Below are positions 41,156 through 55,227 of a stretch of DNA of 64,000 nucleotides, in pieces (the stretch's first letter is position 1; each line of letters opens with the position of its first letter). Source of the DNA: Octopus sinensis. Lineage: Eukaryota. Below the pieces are notes generated by a model. That model ran no database searches, was not told the DNA's origin, and saw only the letters and a program-made list of their open reading frames with translations. The position numbers and the translations under genes were made by a program. The DNA is taken from positions 7,006,001-7,070,000 of the forward strand of contig NC_043006.1 of assembly GCF_006345805.1 (NCBI RefSeq), given 5' to 3'.

Positions 41156-41883
41156 AAGACTCTTTCTTTCAATTTCTGTCCATCTGATTCACACTCAAGC
41201 CTTTTGTTGACCAGAGGTAAGACTACAAGACACCAGCTCAAGCCACGCAGTGGAATTGAACCTGGAACTAAATATTTTGGAAGAAAAACTTTTTCAAGAT
41301 TTTGTTTCAACGATACAGTGATCGACGCACTTCTTCACATGTTGCAAACCCGGTACCCGTAATACCACCAAGATGGGAAAGAACCTGCACCGCCGTTAGG
41401 AAACATGTCTACTCTGATTGTGCAAGGGAAACAACACTTATCGGCTTGATTGAGGGGAACTGGCAAAAACCCTAATATGCCTTCGTTGAAATAATTACAA
41501 ATTACTTGTCACGTAATGAATTTTAAGAAAATATGTATATATATATATTTTTTTTAATATTGCAAATGCCTACCAGTTCCCCTAAAAAAGCTCCTATTCT
41601 ACATCCTTCTGGCTACCGTATATCATTTCCTATGCATGTGTGCGTTTGTGAGTGTGTGTATGTGTGTGTAGGTGTGTTTATGTCTGTGCCTGTCCCCCAC
41701 CACCGCTTGACAACCGGCATTGGGGCATTTACGTCCTCGTAACTTAGGTCCTTCGGATAGGGTTCAGTAAAATAAGTAACATACCAAACTTTAACGAAAA
41801 GTTAGTAATCGGGTTGATTCATTCGACTAAAATTTCTTCAATAATATGAGTACTTGGTTTTGTTTGTTTAAGCGACAGTAGCC

Positions 41884-42078
41884 GAGGAAGAAGAGAAGAA
41901 GAAGAAGAAGAAGAAGAAGAAGAAGCAGAAGAAGGAGGAGGAGGAGGAGGAGGAGGAGGGGGCGGAGGGGGAGAAGAAGAAGAAGGAGGAGAGGAGGAGG
42001 AGGGTCGAGGGGGAGAAGAAGAAGAAGAAGGATGAGGATGAGGGGGAGGGGGAGAAGAAGAAAAAGAAGAAGAAGACG
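41884..42078. repeat. Polypurine (GAA/GAG/GGG) compound repeat
   Basis: Direct reading. Confidence 0.9.
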
Positions 42079-42235
42079 AATACGGTAGTATTTTTCTTCA
42101 TGATAAATTTATTTTAGCATTTTCTACCTGTCTTATTTTCCTTATACATGTCAACTCATGTGTTCTTTTTAAACCTTCTACATGTATATACATATATATA
42201 TGTATATGTATGTATACACACACACACACACATAC

Positions 42236-42274
<39 letters not shown>

Positions 42275-42544
42275 GCAAGATACATTACCGGTTTCTTTCC
42301 GGTTTCCTTTCCACTTGATCCTTGTATATGTAGGAAATATCCTGTAATCCAAAATAAAGATAAGTTTAATTGTATTAGGAAAAATCTGTAGAATATCAGA
42401 ACCTGCAGAAATTCTACAGATTTTTCCTGATAAATAAATAAAATTAACCTTATCTTTATTTTCGATTACAAGATATTTTCTGCATATAAACGCAACAAGG
42501 GGGTAACAAAACAGGTGTATATGTATATTTCCTTCTTTTTCCTT

Positions 42545-42912
42545 TAGTCTTTTTCTTTCGTTTCAGTAATTTGACAGCGACCATGCTGGAGCACCTTCTT
42601 TTAGTCGAACAAATCGACCCTAGGACTTATTCTTTGTAAACCTAGTACTTATTCTATCGGTGTTTTGCTGAAACGCTAAGTTACGGGGGCGTAAAGACAC
42701 CAACATCGGTTGTTAAGCAATGGTGGGGAGACAGACAGACACAAACATATGCATATATATATATATACATATACACGACGAGCTTCTTTCAGTTTCCGTC
42801 TACCTAATCCTCGCACAAGGCTTTGCTCGGCTCATGGCTATAGTAGAAGATACTTGCCCCAAATGACAACGCAGTGAGACTGAACTCAGGAACATGTGTT
42901 TGTTAAGCAAGC
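42545..42912 (-). mobile_element. Older SINE family B copy, head truncated
   Basis: Tail, body and core match with many substitutions. Confidence 0.75.
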
Positions 42913-43085
42913 TACAGGTGGTGTACAAAACAAACATATGTATTAGTATAACGCTCAGGAATGGAAAAAGTCTTTTACGTTTCGAGCCTACCCTCTTCTA
43001 CAGAAAGGGACACAGAAAACAAGGAGAGAAACAAGTAGAGGAAACAATGTGTGTAGTGGCTAACGATCTCTCTGGTGTGATTGTT
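42913..43085 (-). mobile_element. Relative of 31501-31707 with CUGUAGA core
   Basis: Shared atgtattagtataacgctcag..aaaaagtcttttacgtttcgagcctac.ctcttc..cagaaag. Confidence 0.75.
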
Positions 43086-43110
43086 TAGGTTATCAATACT
43101 AAAATATACA

Positions 43111-43143
<33 letters not shown>

Positions 43144-44866
43144 GCTGGAAAAGTAACGCAAAAAGAACTATTGTGGCTCCTGATGACCAGGATTTGTTGA
43201 ATTAGATGCTTGTGAAGATTGGGAATGTCTGACGTTTTATTGGTGGAAAATAACGGATATAATTTGTTCCAATATCTGTCTCTATCGTGGTGAGCTAGCA
43301 GAATCGTTTGCACGCTGGAAAAATTGCATTTCGTCCATCTTTAGTCCAGAGTTTAAAGTACACCAAGGACTTTTCCTTTCATCAATTCGGTGTAAAGAAA
43401 ATAAGTACCAGTCAAGCACTTGGGTAGATATAATCGATTAGCCATCTTCCACTAAATTTTAGGCCTTGTGCCTATAGTAGAAAGGATTATATTAGTCTAT
43501 GGGGAAATAACAGACACCACCACATATTGAGATTTTAAATGTCGATATTTAATATTCAACTGGGTTTCATAAAAAAATGATTTATCAAGATTTGTCACGT
43601 TTTTTCTTACAATACCTTTAATACTTTAATTATCACTAATAAGACATCAGCTGTGCAGTTATTCGACCAGCTAGAAATAGCAGGTAAATTCCATAAAAAT
43701 CACATATTAGAATTCCTGATAAACAAAAGTCATAGTGGATCATGTTATCCTAGGTAAATCTAAATATCGAGATACTGTTGGCTAGTCTCCCTTTCATCAT
43801 ACATCAACTAGATCAGAGCTTGTCTGGAAATATAAACAACGGTAAAACAATATTTACAAATTCATTATGATGTCTCTATGGAAATGTTCTCCCTCAAATC
43901 TCTTCTTTTTACTCTCTCTCTCTCTCTCTCTATCTCAGACGCACTCTCCCTATCATTAATTTTATCAATATTCATTCCTGCTTTTCTAAAGTTTTCTATC
44001 CCATTACAATGATCCATGGTGGTGTGTTATTCATGTCCATTCATTAATCTTATCACCGATCTAATCGAAGCTGCCGTTAGTCATTTTGCACGTATTTTTA
44101 CATGTAATATGATTATTTTTATTGAATACTTGGTGTATTATAAATGGAAGCAGCCTTTACAAATTAATCTATGTCTTGTTTCTAAAAAGTAAAAAGGAAA
44201 AACTACCATGCAGATTTATAGTTTATTTATTTGACAAGTTGGATTATAACGGAGAATACAATCAATGCTGACTTCAACCGATTCATATATCACTGTTAAA
44301 CTGTGCAATTTTTCAAATACTATTTTACTAGTTGTTTTTTCATATACTGTATCAAAGAAATACGCTCTCTATGCCCTCTATAATTAATAGATTTCTAGAA
44401 TATCCATTTTCTTATTCTGGAGATATTTATAACGTAGTAATTTAGAATTGACCATCTGGTAGGCCCAGTTAGAAATTATTTATTTCAATATATTTTTTGA
44501 AAGGAAGATAAGAGGATGAACACGAAAACGCAATATTCAAAGTAACATATTTTTTATTCAGTTATTTTATGTCAACATTACATCCATACCTATGAATGTA
44601 TGAACAGAAAATTCTGTCTTGTGATTCATTAATATATCAACACGAAAATCATGATATCCGAGATATTTTGTCTCTGTAAACAGTTGTCATTTAATAATCG
44701 TAAAAATAACTTCAAGAATCCAGATATAACTACGGCATTAATACTCGGTCGCGGATGTACACAAATACAAATATATATATATATATATATAATAATATAT
44801 ATATATAATATACATTAAATACATATATAAATATGTGTGCATGTGTGTGTTTGTAAATACATGTAT

Positions 44867-44908
<42 letters not shown>

Positions 44909-45042
44909 CATTTAAATACATAATAAATATATGTGTGCATGTGTGTGTTTGTAAATTATATATATAATATAAATATAAATATACATATATATATAAATAT
45001 ATAAATATACATATATATAGATATATATATTGTATGTATATA

Positions 45043-45123
<81 letters not shown>

Positions 45124-46042
45124 GCATACACCCACATATTCATCATATGCAGGCTAATACGTTGGAAGAAATCGTCACAGGCTCATATATCGAGTAAACG
45201 CATATGTTAAGGTCAAACCAGTGTAGAAGATATTTGAATTTGCCTATGCAAATCTATCATACGATAAATCATTCTATCGTGGGAGGGAGAACTATATGGT
45301 AAAAACAGAAAAGGGATATAACTGAAGGAATATGATATGAAGAATTTGCAAGTTGGTTTATCGTGTGCAGGCAACAATTTAGGCAGAATTAGTGAATTGC
45401 ATGACATGACATAACGCTCCAGAGATAAAAATTCCAAATCAGCGATACGGAAAAAAAATGCAACAGCTATAAACAAAGAGATCAATAGAATGATTTGAAT
45501 GCTTAATTGCGTACGAACTAACCTAATAATAACTAATTCTGTACCATATTGAATTCTAGGTTGATGATTTTGCTGTTGCCTGATAATTCCTTTTCCCCTT
45601 CCCTCCTCATGTTTCAGCTTTCCTTGTGGTTAATGTTTTTACGTCATCAAAGATCATTCATGACTGAACAGGAGTAAGAAGAACAATGGGACGCCATCCG
45701 TCAGTCTCCCATTTGTGAGCTTTGCGAAGGAGAAGCAGGGCTGCATTATCCGACACTTCTCCAGTTAACAGATTCGTTTCCTATTTGTAGCATTTCGAGT
45801 GAAGAAGGTTTCCTCTTTTTTCTGGGGTTGAAGATCATTTTTAGAGATTTAACAAGATTTTGATTTGAGATTTCAACCGGTATCCTATCTATTATATAAG
45901 TTAATATATCTCCATCCACACCTTCGTTTACATATACATATATATTTAAAATTATAAACGCCGACTATGCATCATACTTACCATATATATACACTATTGA
46001 CAGGACAGGTATATATATATTATATATAATATATATATATAT

Positions 46043-46077
<35 letters not shown>

Positions 46078-46083
<6 letters not shown>

Positions 46084-46179
46084 ATGAAAGAATGGAGTCG
46101 AAGGACGATTTAACAAAATCCTTTTGAGAATAAAGGAATTTTGTTAATTCGTCCTTCGACTCCATTCTTTCATTTATCT
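46078..46179. repeat. ~102-bp near-perfect hairpin
   Basis: ~47-bp arms agataaatgaaagaatggagtcgaaggacga.ttaacaaaat..cttt with 1 mismatch and 1 indel. Confidence 0.9.
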
Positions 46180-46389
46180 ATAGTATAAAAACACACAAAT
46201 TTCCACACGAAAGCACGTGATTTCTGCCCTTGGCATGTAGCTTCAACCGTGCTTTCTGACATAAATTTGCTACCCGGGTATCGGTTAACCGAATTATCCA
46301 TACTAGGATAATTCATTCAACTACTTAAACATATATATAAATATATATACGCTATTGACAGGATATGTGTGTGTGTGTGTGTGTGTGCG

Positions 46390-46595
46390 TGTGACCACGT
46401 GTGTATCGTTGGCGATTTTCTTTCTCCGTCTTCCCTTCATTAGACCTGTCCTTTTTCTATGTTTCTGACGAAGAGCTCCGCTCGAAACGTTAAATCCTCA
46501 ATCTTTCTTTTCTTTCCTGAGCGTCCAATAACACAATACTTGTTCCACGTCTTCGCGTTGTTGTGTTTTCTCTTTGTTCATGTTTGGATTAACAA
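46390..46595 (+). mobile_element. ~200-bp pyrimidine-rich element carrying a hammerhead
   Basis: Between (GT)n and TA; layout similar to 16830-17085. Confidence 0.6.
46461..46495 (+). ncRNA. Type I minimal hammerhead, canonical core
   Basis: gttt CUGACGA a gagc-ucc-gcuc GAAACGUU aaat; AACGUU palindrome; stem I is short and weak. Confidence 0.65.
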
Positions 46596-47298
46596 TATAT
46601 ATAACTAAGAGAAGAATAAAGTAAGAAGCATCCTCCAAGTCGAATGTAAGAGTGACATATATAAAATTTGTAAGACATTCCAAAGTTTCTCCATATGAGA
46701 TGATTCAAATGAATACATGCGCAGTGTTTATTGTAGGCATTTACAACAACACACATGTATAAAAAGTAACAATGAACACAAGCGTACACGACCAAAACCC
46801 TACGTACTAAAAGGACAGATTCACGCAAACCGCAGGTCCGTAACATTAACCAAACCACTTATATACAAACCGCGACAACTTTTGCCACTTTACCAACCGG
46901 CTTGAAATCTATTCAATGGAACTTAAATAAATCTGAAAGCAAACCATAAATGCATATGTGCGTGCGTGTGTGTATGTATTCTCTTATGTGTGTGTGAGCG
47001 TGTAGAATGTATATATGTATTGTAATTTTTTGTGCCTCATATTTTAATGAACTTTTTAATATTTTCCCAAGATTTTTCCTTGTAAACTGTGTTTTTAAGA
47101 TGTTCTTATTATTATCAAGGAATTTATATATGTATTGTAATATTTTGTGACAACCGGTACCTAACACAACTAAGCTTTTACCTGTTACATTTGACAATCT
47201 TCTTCTAAAAAAGTGAAACCGGTCAAGTGAATAAACACATCTTTAAAATTGCATTTTCAAACCTTCTTTCATATATATGTGTGTATATATATATATAT

Positions 47299-47337
<39 letters not shown>

Positions 47338-48516
47338 GGTGTGTGTACGAGCTTGTGTGATGTGTCATATCGATGAGAGATTGCATGTTGTATACAGCGA
47401 TTTAATGCAATACACTGAGTATTATTCAAATTGAGTGTTGCAAAATTCTTTACAGAAATAATTCAACATCTCTTTGTTCCAAGAGATGCGCTTAAATGCA
47501 AATGTACACGTTGAAGTAGCTTGTGTTGTAATAGCTAACGAATTTGAAAGAAATAGATTTACACATTTATCTCATATAGAAATCTTGTAATTACAAAGTA
47601 GCAATAAAGATTGTAGACCGCTTCATATCAAATTATTCCAAAACGGCGTGACACTGATTACAAGAACTCTACAGTTAAATTGTCACAGATCGAGAGGAAT
47701 CACATGGAGGCGACCCAAATCGCGCTAATTAAATTTCAATCTTACAATTGTGCGCGTCGCTGTAGTATTGTACATTAACTGGTTTCTATCATTGTTCAGC
47801 TCTCACATTGGAGCATCACGTTTGAGATTTTAATCGATCTTTCTGACAACAGTGTTCATTTATTCAAGTACATATTGACCTATTTGTCGAATCACTATGT
47901 TACGGGACACACATTTTCATAGAATAAACAAAAACGGTTCTTTCTAAGTGTAGACCACATACAACTGCATACCGAATACAATGAACTGAAGAATAGGACA
48001 TGGATACATGAATCTAAGTAAAGCAACTTATGGCATGCCTGAAAGACCTCAATTACTTGTTTCTATATCTATAAATTCCACTGTATCTCTTGATTCCAAA
48101 TCCGCAAATTAAAGCAAATGGAAAAAAAAATATTTTGGCGTATTGAGGGACACACCAGTTCCGGATTGAGCAGCTATCTTGCAGAATTTGGTTCCCTCTC
48201 GGTTGAATTATTCTACGTCTGGTTTCATTATGGCTTAGTTTAATTGTGCCTTTTACGTCAAAGGGGTCGTAACTCTAATTTTCTTGCTTTTCTTCTCATT
48301 TTCCGTTTTTATTCACACTTCGACTTCTTGTATCTACATTCTTCTGGGGTTTTTTCTCGTGATTTCTCATCTACGAGCGTCTTGAAGATTGCTTCGACAC
48401 ACAAGACGTATTACACAACCCTGACAAGACATGAGTCTTCACTGCGAGAAACTATGAGTAGCCCGTAGCTTTATACTTTGTAACATTCATTGTATGGATC
48501 TGACATTAGCAGAATA

Positions 48517-48748
48517 TATTTCTTTACTGCCCACAAGGGGCTAAACACAGAGGGGACAAACAAGGACAGACAAACGGATTAAGTCGATTACATCGACTCC
48601 AGTGCGTAACTGGTATTTAATTTATCGACCACGAAAGGATGAAAGGCAAAGTCGACTTCGGCGGAATTTGAACTCAGAACGTAACGGCAGACGAAATACG
48701 GTTACGCATTTCACCCGGCGTGCTAACGTTTCTGCCAGCTCGCCGCCT
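48517..48748 (-). mobile_element. SINE family A with perfect 16-bp target site duplication
   Basis: tgacattagcagaata at 48501-48516 and 48749-48764. Confidence 0.9.
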
Positions 48749-48800
48749 TGACATTAGCAGAATAGCTGCGTGTGTGTGTGTGAGAGTGTGTGTGTGTGAT

Positions 48801-48840
<40 letters not shown>

Positions 48841-49954
48841 TGTGTGTAATCCGATTGTAACTGGACGGCAACCTCTCTGCTCCGTTTGCGTCTATCCTTT
48901 CATTATTTATAGAGTTGTTGTCATGAAACCAGTTGCTGCAAAGCCTATTCTCACTGCATAATATTCACTAAGTACAGTAATCAGTAGACTGCTTTCAATG
49001 GCTTCATAATTTGTCACTAACATATGCATATATTACTATGTCTACGAAAAAGAGCCAATGAAAAAATAATTATCAGTTTAGGTTTCATATTGAGAACTTT
49101 GCTTCTCTATATTATATGGTTTGTGAAAACATTATTGATAATTCTCATAACTAAAAACTAAAAGTATAATTTTTTTATAAACTTTTCTATCAGTAATTGC
49201 TCACTTTATTATTTTCTTCACAAAGGCGATAGATTTCTTTAATTAAATAAGAGTACAATAAACTTGAGGCAATTAGGCCCTTTCACTATTCCCTCTGGTT
49301 TCGTGAAACACGAGTTTCCCATTAAACAGATTTAAAACAAGATTCGAGATTTCAGTTCGAATCAGCAAATCAACTGGTTGTGTTTACGTTTGTGTGTTTC
49401 AGTGTGTACGTATGTACGCGTGTGCGTGTATATGCGTGTTGGCACCAGCACGTGGGTGTTTCTGCGTGCATGTGTGTGTGCATGTATGTGTGTGTGCATG
49501 TGTGTGAGAATAGTCACACTCAAACATTCAGTATTCTAAATATCCGTGGGATTATGTAACAATACAATACATTGGATTGATTTCTGTTGTTCGATTGTTT
49601 TTCTAGTGACTTCGTGGTACATTTTCCCAGACAGCGACATATGTAGAGAGAATCAATGACCAATAAAATATTCCCATGGCCTTTTTTTTTACAAGATCAG
49701 ATATCCAAGAGCGCAAATACATTAAAAACACTTGAATTATTTATTTTGCAATTGGAGCATTTGTTAAACATATTGATCTAATTGATACGATAGCCTTTAA
49801 TTTATTTACATAGTTATTTATTGAACGGGAATTCAAGAATATGTAGAATAAAACCATAAATGTGCACACGGATATGTTCACACGTGCGTCTCTCTCTCTC
49901 TTTCTCTATTTCTCTCCCTATGTCTCTCTTCCCCCCTCTCTCTCTCTCTCTCTT

Positions 49955-50120
49955 AGCAGCAACGCGTTCGTCTGCACGTTCTGAGTTCCAATACCGTCGA
50001 GATCGACTTTGCCTGTCATCTTTTCGGGTCAATATAATTGGAACTAGTTGGGCATTAGGGTCGATGCAATCGACTTGGCCCCTCCCTCGAAATATCTGGT
50101 CTTGTGCAGAAATTTGAGAC
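49955..50120 (+). mobile_element. Diverged family-A SINE
   Basis: cgttctgagttccaat..gatcgactttgcct.tcatc..gggtcgatgcaatcgact. Confidence 0.65.
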
Positions 50121-50310
50121 CTATATATATATCTTCGAAACGCGGAGTAGACGAAACAGGGACAACTGAAGAAGGGGAATATTCCTTGTGGTGTATGTCG
50201 TGCACTCTGTTTTTTCGTTGTTTGAAAAAAGTTAGTTTTCATGTTTTTGTTTTTATGTTTCCGTTTCTCATTGTGTTCAACGTTTTTTTATGTACTGTAC
50301 CCATATATGC

Positions 50311-50371
<61 letters not shown>

Positions 50372-50417
50372 TGTAGGTATGTACATATATGTATGTATAT
50401 ATGCATATATTTATATT

Positions 50418-50456
<39 letters not shown>

Positions 50457-51488
50457 CTATATATATATATATGCATATTCACACGCACATACAGAGTCTG
50501 TGCATGCGTGTGTGTGTGAGTGTGTGTGTGTGTGCGTATACAATCTCTTTCTATATCATTTCGAAAACACAAAGCTACAAATAAAGAAATGAAAAAAATA
50601 GTGTTGACAGTCTTCGGTAACATGAAACATACTCATGCCTGAAAGTGTACTTATTTATGGTGCTGTCTTATATCACGGTGTGATGGCTATAATTTTAAAA
50701 AATGTAACAGTGAAATATGGCTATAGAATACTCTCAACAGATATCATATGAGAAATAATTAATGAAATTCTTATTGAGTTGTGAAGATTTTGACATTTGT
50801 ATTTTGGTCTTTAGAAGCAACGGTTGAACACCTTCCATCGATAACGTCTCATTCTAAAACATATATTTCCATGTAATAGACAACATAGTTAAATGATCTG
50901 CTCGTCGAAGAAGACGAGATCGCATCCGGTGGTTAAAACCTGTTCTGGCACAGGTTAATTCACTGACTGCCATCTTGTGTGAAGGTCGGTCAATATGGTT
51001 AGAATCATTTGAAAGGACGTCCTGTTTTAGTTCATATGATATGTGATGGGGGTTAGTAAGAATCTTCGCAAATACATTGATTTGTGATAGAGTCACAAAC
51101 CAGTCGTATTTAAGTGCATGGCATGCGTTTCTTATTTTCAAACTCCGTATTCTACAGTGAAATTCTATATGATTATGTATTCTTTCACTGGAAGCTGGTA
51201 CATGTAATTTTCTTTGTACGTATCCTAACAAACATTCAGCAATCTCCTTAGATCATGTACGTGTGCATGTGTGTGTGTGTAAGTGCGTGTGTGAACCTTT
51301 GCGTATATATATATATATATATATATTCGTAAGTATATATATGTTTATACGTATAGTACATTCACAGAGGTAGATATAGATATATACAGATATACATGCA
51401 TAAATACACACATAAATATATACCTACATACATACATAAAAAAACATTTAACACACACACACACACATAATATGTGTGTGTGTATGTG

Positions 51489-51525
<37 letters not shown>

Positions 51526-51550
51526 ATATATGTATATAATCTATTATCTA

Positions 51551-51608
<58 letters not shown>

Positions 51609-52057
51609 GTTACAGATCTATGTATGTATGAATGCATATAGACTTTTATTACTTAAATATGTTATAATGTTGAAGTGGAATAGTGCTTACTTGTGAGAAT
51701 ACACATATGTTTAAACAGAGATAATGCTGAGTAACGCTTCAAAAATATAATTACATTTTGCGAGGATCTGATTATACAAATTATAAATATATCTTAAGAG
51801 AATTTTGTATCTTCCCACCATTTTCCCTTATCGGATATAATACTTGAAATGTTCTACAAATGTACACAACGGTCTCATATGTTAATACTTGTGAGAGAGT
51901 CGAAGTATCGATTTATAGCGCATAATGATATCCAGAAATACAATCTATAGTCATTAGACTGATTATCGCCCCTAGCTTTTATGATGGCTACAAATGGTAC
52001 GACCTATGTTAGAATTTGAAGATGATATGAAATTATATTTGTCCACCGCGTACTTCT

Positions 52058-52414
52058 GAATTTCCGGCCCCACCCTTCGGCGCTTAAGGTTGTTCGGTCA
52101 TGCGGCCCGGCGTAGAGAGGGTGAGCTGATTCGCGATGTCTTCCTCCCACCTCCAATTTCCGGCTGGCGCAAATGCACAGTCGGGCAGCTGAAGACCTGG
52201 GCAACGACGATAAAGAAGGACCTCTCCGAACTCTCAGGTCCGCAAGTGGTCGGTCTGCGCAGATGGAACTGCGAATGGCTCGCTATCTCCAGTGATCTCG
52301 CACAGGACCGTCGAGCGTGGGCCGCCATGGTCCGTGATGCCGTTAGGACAAGAGAAGAAGCCGGTTCAACCCGCCCTGGGTGAACGCCGTCACAAGTACA
52401 AGTAAAGTACAAGT
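52058..52414 (+). mobile_element. 5'-truncated RTE-type LINE with 13-bp TSD
   Basis: Open frame RRLRLFGHAARR..KTWATTIKKDL..LAQDRRAWAAMVRDAV..PG*; caagta tail; accgcgtacttct at 52045-52057 and 52415-52427. Confidence 0.9.
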
Positions 52415-53129
52415 ACCGCGTACTTCTTGAGTTTTTACAGATCTTATAAAAACCAATTTTGCATATTGTAGTTTCGCGTCAAGTCATCTCTCGTTGAGCG
52501 ACACTTACGTTCAAAAGAGTTCCAACTATGAAACTTTTATCTTTTTTTCACACGGTGTATCTAGGTGTACAGAAAGCAATGTTTCCTTGATGTTTTATAA
52601 AACAGTGCATTATGATTCGAAAAGGATTAACATATTACGTCTATGAATGAACAAATAGAAGCGCGATGTTTGTTGGGTTAGGGTTAGGGTTAGGGTTTCG
52701 TAAAGAGGTAAGGAATTATGTAAGTAGCACTTACTAATTTAGTAGACTGTTGTCAGAGCTTTCAATTCTATTATTTCCGAAACGAAGTGAAATATCCTAC
52801 AGATGTTATTTTGGTTATTGATTTCTTCGAACAGGTAATTACATGTGAGAATAACAAAAGCAGCTTTTGTGAGCTTTTCAATACCGAATCCTCAACAACA
52901 CGTATTCTACGTTAGTCTCTCAGCCGATGCAGCTATTACATCATGGAAGATTTGTCTGCTATAGAAGAGGAAAGTTTCAGAAAATAACATAATCTACACA
53001 CTGGGATATTCATACATAACTATATCTTCCAGGCTTTAGAGTAAACCACACAGAAGAATGCATCATGATCTTTCAAATACACAAGCAAGCATGCACATAT
53101 ACATTTGCAAGTTACATAGAAGCATAGGT

Positions 53130-53288
53130 GCAGGCGGTGCTGTGAGGTAAGAAGCTGCCTTCCCAACCACACGGCTCCGAGTTCAGTCCTACTGCGTGGC
53201 ATCCAGGGCAAGTGACTTCTGCTATGCCCTCGGGCCGACCAAACGCTTGTGAGTTGATTTGGTAGACGGAAACTGAAAGAAGTCCGTC

Positions 53289-53345
<57 letters not shown>

Positions 53346-53559
53346 GTGTGTGGTGTGTGTGTGTGTGTTGTGTGTGTGTGTGTGTGTGCGTGCGTGTGTG
53401 GTATGTGTATGTGTGTGTGTGTGTGCGTGTGTGTGTATGTGTATGTGTGTGTGTTTTTCTCGCCATCGTTTGACAACGGATGCTGATCTGTTTACGTCCG
53501 CATGACTTAACGGTTCGGCAAAAGAAACCGATAGAATAAGTACTAAGCTTACAAAGCAG

Positions 53560-53627
<68 letters not shown>

Positions 53628-53735
53628 ATAATATATATACATACGTGTGTATGTGTTTATATTCTTTTATTCTTTAATTGTTTCAGTCATTGACTGCGGC
53701 CATGCTAAAGCACCGTATTTAGTCGAACAAATCGA
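53130..53735. mobile_element. SINE family B 5'/middle part (+, to ~53553) and a separate 3' part (-, ~53660-53735)
   Basis: Sequence match; separated by (TA)n. Confidence 0.75.
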
Positions 53736-53944
53736 TATATATATATATATATATATATAGTTGGAATTTACAGAAATGAACAACAAGCAGGTGTATTAGT
53801 TTGACACTCGGAAAAGGGAGAAAGTCTTTTACGTTTCGATCCTACGCTTTTCAGCGTAGAGGAATATGAGAAAATAAACAGAGTGAGAATTAAAAATAAA
53901 ATTTGTGGATTTAGCGTTATATATGTATATATGTATATATATAT

Positions 53945-53948
53945 AGAG

Positions 53949-53985
<37 letters not shown>

Positions 53986-53986
53986 T

Positions 53987-54044
<58 letters not shown>

Positions 54045-54091
54045 TGATACATAGATAGGCACAGAGAGAGAGAGAGGGAGAAAACACACAC

Positions 54092-54165
<74 letters not shown>

Positions 54166-54260
54166 GTAGATAGATAGATATATAGATAGACAGATAGATA
54201 GATAGATAGATAGATAGATAGGTACGTAGGTAGGTAGGTAGATATATATATATATATATA

Positions 54261-54315
<55 letters not shown>

Positions 54316-54330
54316 TAGATATAGATTTAG
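53945..54330. repeat. (GATA)n microsatellite
   Basis: Direct reading; source of the YLSI-repeat ORFs. Confidence 0.95.
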
Positions 54331-54879
54331 AAATCGATATATATACACACACAAGCAAATACACAGATGTAAAATACGCATGTATGAATGTAAATATCAG
54401 TGTATGAGTGCGTTAACTTCTAGAAATATATACGTGAAAACGACAACTGAATACAAATAACATAAATTGCTCCTTCTGTATTGTCGATTATCCACTCTGA
54501 GCCTTCTCCAAGTGTCACTCATATGAAATCGGACAGGCTTTTCGAATGACACATTTTCTAACGACTGATGTATCGCACATTGAGATAATCTTTGTGTTGC
54601 TATTAAATCTAACATTGGATATTCTTCCCCACCTTCCGCTCCCTCCCTCTCTCTTCATCTATCTATCTCTAGCGGACCATTGATAATGAAACAGAGGAAA
54701 TATTATCATGTAGTACTATATTGTATAAAGTTAAAGTTTAGCGTTATTCAGAGGATTATTAAGAAGAACAGTTATAACAAAAGGATAAAATGTTTTATGA
54801 ATACTTTTGAGTATATACCAAACTTTTACTACAATAGAGGGAGGAAAAGAAATTATCCAGAAATAGTTTAATATTTATA

Positions 54880-55227
54880 TCTATATATATATAAAACTGT
54901 AGTTGTGTGAGTGTCTGTCTCCTACGATTTAGATTCCTAACTCCTCCCACATTTTGCGATGCAGTTTAACCAAAACCGGGTATCTTATAGTCGTGATTCA
55001 TATCGAGCCCTCATTTTTTTTCCATTTTAATGCATGTTTTCGCTATTAAAGAAGGGAAGTAACTCTCTAAAAATGTCTACGATGAGTCAACGATTTAAAA
55101 AAAATTTACCATAATTTTTTTCCCATTTTTAATGCATTTTGTTGCTATTTTTTGGCTATAACTCTCTAAAAATGCTTATATAGTTATTTCCCTTACAAAC
55201 CCGAGCAACGCCAGGCGATACTGCTAG
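54880..55227 (+). mobile_element. Non-autonomous Helitron, 348 bp
   Basis: A|TCTATATATATAAAACTG start; cccgagcaacgccaggcg hairpin then CTAG|T; no TSD. Confidence 0.85.

Noticed and set aside
52675-52697. Interstitial telomere
   Set aside because: Only about three TTAGGG units; too short to interpret
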